From: a virus
Lineage: Duplodnaviria; Caudoviricetes
Length of the DNA stretch: 64,000 nt
Reading direction: 5' to 3' (one strand)
Virus record (IMG/VR): IMGVR_UViG_3300021387_001709
Span: 96,001 to 160,000 of that record
Shown here: positions 60,111-64,000 of the stretch, one piece after another
Layout: every line of letters starts with the position of its first letter
Numbering within the stretch: position 1 is the stretch's first letter
The notes under the pieces: generated by a model
The model's input: the letters and a program-made list of their open reading frames with translations, nothing else
Told to the model about the DNA's origin: nothing
Databases searched by the model: none
Program-made: the position numbers and the translations under genes

Positions 60111-60647
60111 ATGATTACAAAAACAGCAACCGGTTACAAGCTTTTCGAGATGAACGACCGAGGTGAATTATTTCCACTGTTTATCGACAAAAACACGCCG
60201 GTGCCGATCGGTGAGTGGATGAAAGCCGAATTTCATCCCACTAAGGGATTCGCAGCTAGAGGCGGCTGGCATATTGGTGCCGACGTTCCGGATGCACCAT
60301 GGCTGAAATCTTATGATGGAACAGATACTGGTTATTACAAACCTCGTTGGAAACATGGCAAGCGAGTTTGGTGCGAGATTGAGTACAACGCAAGCACCGA
60401 TTATAATAAGGAAGTAAGTGAATTACCAAAAAAGTGCTTTACGGATAAAGTTCCCGATAACGGATACTATTTCTTTCGCGAAGTCGGTAAGGGAGTTTGG
60501 GTTATTACTTCCGATATTAAAGTAATCAGGGTTTTGGATGAGGATGAACGCATTGAAATAATGGATGCAATTGGGTATAATGAGGTAGAAGCATTTAGCA
60601 AGTACAAAGCAACTTTTGAGAAGCGTATGAAGATTGCGGCAGCGTAA
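60111..60647 (+). CDS. hypothetical protein
   Basis: GYKLF...LFPLFI, RGGWH, RVWCEIEY. Confidence 0.7.
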   Translation: MITKTATGYKLFEMNDRGELFPLFIDKNTPVPIGEWMKAEFHPTKGFAARGGWHIGADVPDAPWLKSYDGTDTGYYKPRWKHGKRVWCEIEYNASTDYNKEVSELPKKCFTDKVPDNGYYFFREVGKGVWVITSDIKVIRVLDEDERIEIMDAIGYNEVEAFSKYKATFEKRMKIAAA

Positions 60648-60661
60648 GGGAGGTTGATATT

Positions 60662-60811
60662 ATGGGAGCGTTTCTGATGTTAATTGTAATCATTTGTTTA
60701 TTTGGAATTTATGCTGGAGTTCGCTTAACAACCGACGGTAGTTCTGCTGGCCCAATACTTGTGTTCGTTTGTGGTACATTAGCAGCGGGAATTCTTGGCG
60801 CATTGAGATAA
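60662..60811 (+). CDS. small two-helix membrane protein
   Basis: RBS GGAGG; 49 mostly hydrophobic residues. Confidence 0.55.
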   Translation: MGAFLMLIVIICLFGIYAGVRLTTDGSSAGPILVFVCGTLAAGILGALR

Positions 60812-60829
60812 TATTATAAGAAAGGAAAA

Positions 60830-61420
60830 ATGATTATGGGAATTTTAGGAGCATTTTTGGCAGTAGGTTGGCTCGGAGGAAATTTAGCAAAAGACGCAAC
60901 AAAGACAGCAAAAATAACTCCGGCTATGAACGCTAGTCTTCCGGATAGAATTGAATGGCGCAATGGTAATTATTATGATACCGTAACAGGGAAAAGGGTT
61001 AGACGAGAATTTTTTACAGATCCTATTACTGGGATAAAGAACACTACCGCATGGGTAAATGCTAAAACAGGATGCGTGATTTATGTACCTTCAAGAGAAA
61101 AATATTTTGAAGAACAGGAAGTTGCTAAAAAAGAAATTGAACGATTAAAAGCAGAAAAAGATGCGGTTTGGCTTCAGGAGGCGATTGATAATAATGATAG
61201 ATTTGCAAAAGTAATATTACCTTTTAGAGATGGAGTGTGTAATGTTGCGGAAGGATATTATGACAGAAAACAAATTGTAGAAAATGAGGAAGATAGAGTT
61301 TTTTATTTCGCCAATAAGTGGGGTTTTATGTATAAAGCAATTATAGAAAATGGATATTGGAAACCAAACAAATATGGTTCATATTGGAAACTCAGTGAAA
61401 GATACGATAAAAATATTTAA
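60830..61420 (+). CDS. membrane-anchored hypothetical protein
   Basis: Hydrophobic N-terminus. Confidence 0.65.
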   Translation: MIMGILGAFLAVGWLGGNLAKDATKTAKITPAMNASLPDRIEWRNGNYYDTVTGKRVRREFFTDPITGIKNTTAWVNAKTGCVIYVPSREKYFEEQEVAKKEIERLKAEKDAVWLQEAIDNNDRFAKVILPFRDGVCNVAEGYYDRKQIVENEEDRVFYFANKWGFMYKAIIENGYWKPNKYGSYWKLSERYDKNI

Positions 61421-61439
61421 ATTATATAGAGGTGGTTAG

Positions 61440-61601
61440 ATGAGAAAACGAACGAATATGTTTACATCATATCTTACATGTAATAAATGCGGAAAGCAAT
61501 TTCCTATTATGCGTAGCAAAGGATATAAACGCGAAAAGGGACACATTAAGGATTTATGGTGTCCATTTTGTAAGACTGAGAGTAAATTTAAAGAATTTTG
61601 A
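61440..61601 (+). CDS. small zinc-ribbon protein, 53 aa
   Basis: CNKCGKQFPIMR...REKGHIKDLWCPFC; RBS GAGGTG. Confidence 0.7.
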   Translation: MRKRTNMFTSYLTCNKCGKQFPIMRSKGYKREKGHIKDLWCPFCKTESKFKEF

Positions 61602-61629
61602 AATATATCAATAGGAGAAAAAAGTAATT

Positions 61630-62580
61630 ATGACTGGAAGACAGGAAGATGAAATAAAACTAAAAAATAAAATACAAAAAATGTTAATTGACAAACCTAT
61701 TATATTAAAAAAATATTATGCGTATATGGGGGAGAATAAAACAGAAAAAACAAAAAATTTGTATATATTAGGTCTTATAAGATATAATAATTTTTTAATT
61801 ATAAATAATCATACCGTAGAAGATTTTGATTATTTGCAAAATCAGAAAAAAACAAATATTAACGAATACATAGAAGAGTTAAAATATAGAAATGTTAATG
61901 GAAAAATAATAAATAACAGCAGAAGTAATATTAGGACTAATTTATATGCGGTAAAATCTTTTTTTGAGTTTTTGGAGGATGAGGAATATATTACGAAGAA
62001 TCCATTTTATAATTTTAAGTTCCCAAAATTAAATGAAATTATTGAAGTTCGTCCGATAGAAAAGTCTGATATTAAAGAAATCAAAGCAAATATTCGAGCT
62101 TTTAGTAAAAATCCAGAAAGAGACGAGGCCATATTTGTTATAGGTATTAAAACTGGTTTGCGAGCATCTGCAATAACAGAAATAAATATCTCGGATATTA
62201 ATTGGGAAGATCATACGATAAAGGTAACAGAAAAAGGTAACGTAACTAGATTAGTTTATTTTGGTGAAAATACTGAAACTGCTTTGATTAAATGGCTTGA
62301 TGTTAGAAAAGAAACTCCAAATTGCGACGCGTTGTTTATTAATAATAGGGGGCAAAGAATTAATTATAGTATTATCAATAGAATGTTAAAAAAATATGGA
62401 CTGGGCAATGTTCCGCATAATTTGAGAAAAACATATGGGACAAATCTTTATGATGAGTCTGGGGATATTTATTTAACTGCAGAAGGGCTAGGGCATAAAA
62501 ATATTCAAAACACGAAAAGATACGCGCGAGTATCAGAAAAGAAGAAATTACAAGCAGCAAGATTAGTAGATAAAATATAA
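61630..62580 (+). CDS. tyrosine recombinase (SPbeta YopP-like position)
   Basis: TGLRASA, EKGN, PHNLRKT, LGHKNIQNTKRY. Confidence 0.88.
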   Translation: MTGRQEDEIKLKNKIQKMLIDKPIILKKYYAYMGENKTEKTKNLYILGLIRYNNFLIINNHTVEDFDYLQNQKKTNINEYIEELKYRNVNGKIINNSRSNIRTNLYAVKSFFEFLEDEEYITKNPFYNFKFPKLNEIIEVRPIEKSDIKEIKANIRAFSKNPERDEAIFVIGIKTGLRASAITEINISDINWEDHTIKVTEKGNVTRLVYFGENTETALIKWLDVRKETPNCDALFINNRGQRINYSIINRMLKKYGLGNVPHNLRKTYGTNLYDESGDIYLTAEGLGHKNIQNTKRYARVSEKKKLQAARLVDKI

Positions 62581-62597
62581 TAATAGTTAAAATGCGC

Positions 62598-62626
62598 TTG
62601 CAACCAATGCAATTATGTTGTATTAT
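62598..62626 (+). promoter_or_regulatory. probable sigmaA promoter
   Basis: TTGCAA-17-TATTAT. Confidence 0.45.
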
Positions 62627-62649
62627 TAAATACAGAAAGGAGGCTCACC

Positions 62650-63888
62650 ATGATAAACGGCGAAGCAAGCAGAGCGGAACTAAACAGTTATCTTAATGAT
62701 AAGCTGATGGAAATGACTAACCGGCGCGAAAGGATGGAACTGTACAAACAGATTTATTCCAGGTTCAACATTTCTATTGAAGTAACTACCGATTACTTCA
62801 CATTCAAGAAGGACATAGCGGAAGCATCCAACTTTGAGGTGTTCGCATTCTTGTATTTTATTAAAAGAAACCGTCTTCATTTATACTTCACAGACAATGA
62901 AATCGAAGTGTTTAGCAACGAAAAGGTAGAAGATAAAACTATCACATTTCCGTTGGTATTCAAGGACATTGTCCAGGTAAGTGAAGATCAGTGGATCGGG
63001 CGTACATCATTTCAAGAGCTGATGGCAATGAAGGACGCTCGCTTGATTAACTACGACGAAAACGAGCAGCGAACATTCCGTCACATCAAATCCGGCAACA
63101 CGGAAATCATGCGAGTGTTCATCAACAAGAAGTCCGTCCAGGAGATTAAGGAAGCACTGAAAACAGGCCGCTACATCCCGGATGACATTACACTCAATAT
63201 CCCACAGGGATCGGAATTTAGTTTTAGTAACAACACGCTCAAAATATATAGTTTGCTGAATGGTAAGTTCAATATTATTGACGGCTATCATCGCTGGCTT
63301 GGAATGGCGGAGATATATAACTTCAATAAAGAGTTTGATTATCCGATGGAAATCAGATTTGTTAACTACTCAACGGAGAAAGCAAATCAGTTTATCTATC
63401 AGAAGGATCAAAAAACTCAGATGAAAAAATCTGACTCAGCGTCTTATAATCAGTATAACATTGCAAATCGTGTGGTCAAGCGACTCAACGAAGACCCAAT
63501 GAGCAATCTCCAGGGTATGATTGCTCGTAATGACGGGCTAATTAAAGAAGCTGACCTCGCAGCCGTAATTGATTCTTTCTATGTTAAGGGAAAAGAAATC
63601 GGCAACGAAACTTTAGCGGTTGTAACTATTAAAAATGACATTCAAAAGAAATTTAATTCAGTATCTGAGGTAAATCCCGATTATTTAAATAAGAAGTATA
63701 CCGTGAAGGATTTAATAATCCTAATGTTTGTATTTACATCCGACGTAGAAGTTAATAAGTATGATGAACTGATTGATTATCTAGTTTCAAAGAAAATTAA
63801 TTCTTCATATTATACATTTAATCGCGGCTATGTAAGAAAAAAGGTTATCAATGAGTTAAATAATGCGTTAGCAGAATGGAGGCGCTAA
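62650..63888 (+). CDS. DndB/DGQHR-like protein (SPbeta YopQ-like)
   Basis: NEQR, ITLNI, IIDGYHR motifs. Confidence 0.75.
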   Translation: MINGEASRAELNSYLNDKLMEMTNRRERMELYKQIYSRFNISIEVTTDYFTFKKDIAEASNFEVFAFLYFIKRNRLHLYFTDNEIEVFSNEKVEDKTITFPLVFKDIVQVSEDQWIGRTSFQELMAMKDARLINYDENEQRTFRHIKSGNTEIMRVFINKKSVQEIKEALKTGRYIPDDITLNIPQGSEFSFSNNTLKIYSLLNGKFNIIDGYHRWLGMAEIYNFNKEFDYPMEIRFVNYSTEKANQFIYQKDQKTQMKKSDSASYNQYNIANRVVKRLNEDPMSNLQGMIARNDGLIKEADLAAVIDSFYVKGKEIGNETLAVVTIKNDIQKKFNSVSEVNPDYLNKKYTVKDLIILMFVFTSDVEVNKYDELIDYLVSKKINSSYYTFNRGYVRKKVINELNNALAEWRR

Positions 63889-63890
63889 TC

Positions 63891-64000
63891 ATGTATAACG
63901 CAGAACGTAAACATCAGTTCCTTAATGAACGCAGAAGCGAAGTGGAGTTATCTCCAAACACAGAAATCTGGTTTGAATCAATGGAATATTTTGAGAAGGA
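63891..64000 (+). CDS. start of probable MrpR/YopR-like recombinase-derived repressor (truncated by window)
   Basis: RBS GGAGG; MYNAERKHQFL...; follows recombinase and DndB-like genes as in SPbeta. Confidence 0.5.
   Translation, partial: MYNAERKHQFLNERRSEVELSPNTEIWFESMEYFEK

Noticed and set aside
38222-63291. Minus-strand ORFs in the right arm
   Set aside because: Antisense to RBS-bearing plus-strand genes
2261-63888. Complete Dnd phosphorothioation system (desulfurase plus DndB-like gene)
   Set aside because: The genes are 60 kb apart, dndCDE are absent, and the DndB-like gene fits the SPbeta repressor module

Overview
Segment of a large SPbeta-like tailed phage or prophage of a Bacillota host, probably Clostridia (AGGAGG RBSs, sigmaA promoters). 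It has two divergent arms meeting in a non-coding junction at about 36.6-38.1 kb. LEFT ARM (minus strand): helicase-like and ParB-like genes, a YonO-type RNA polymerase, HU, PhoH, ClpP and a metallophosphoesterase, then a tRNA cluster, then the packaging, head and tail module. From 22501 downward many genes are interrupted by in-frame TAG codons and become full-length only if TAG is read as Gln (genetic code 15). A CUA-anticodon suppressor tRNA lies inside this late module (16929-17000), next to a TAG-containing GIY-YIG endonuclease gene. Three group I introns interrupt the RNA polymerase active-site motif, the major capsid gene (this intron carries a GIY-YIG ORF) and a neck gene. RIGHT ARM (plus strand): about 65 small early ORFs, ending in an SPbeta-like recombinase / DndB-like / repressor-like module. 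Between about 49.6 and 57.5 kb many gene junctions carry an 18-bp AT(A/G)AAA-N6-TTTNA(T/A/G) site, suggesting an integron-like cassette array. Other candidates are a leader peptide with Pro-Pro-Pro-Tyr-TAG-TAG (possible code-switch sensor), a three-way-junction RNA shared by two free-standing endonuclease genes, tRNAs with remodelled D/T loops, non-AUG starts and a recurrent operator-like 14-mer. Family assignments come from motif recognition and gene order; no database search was run.
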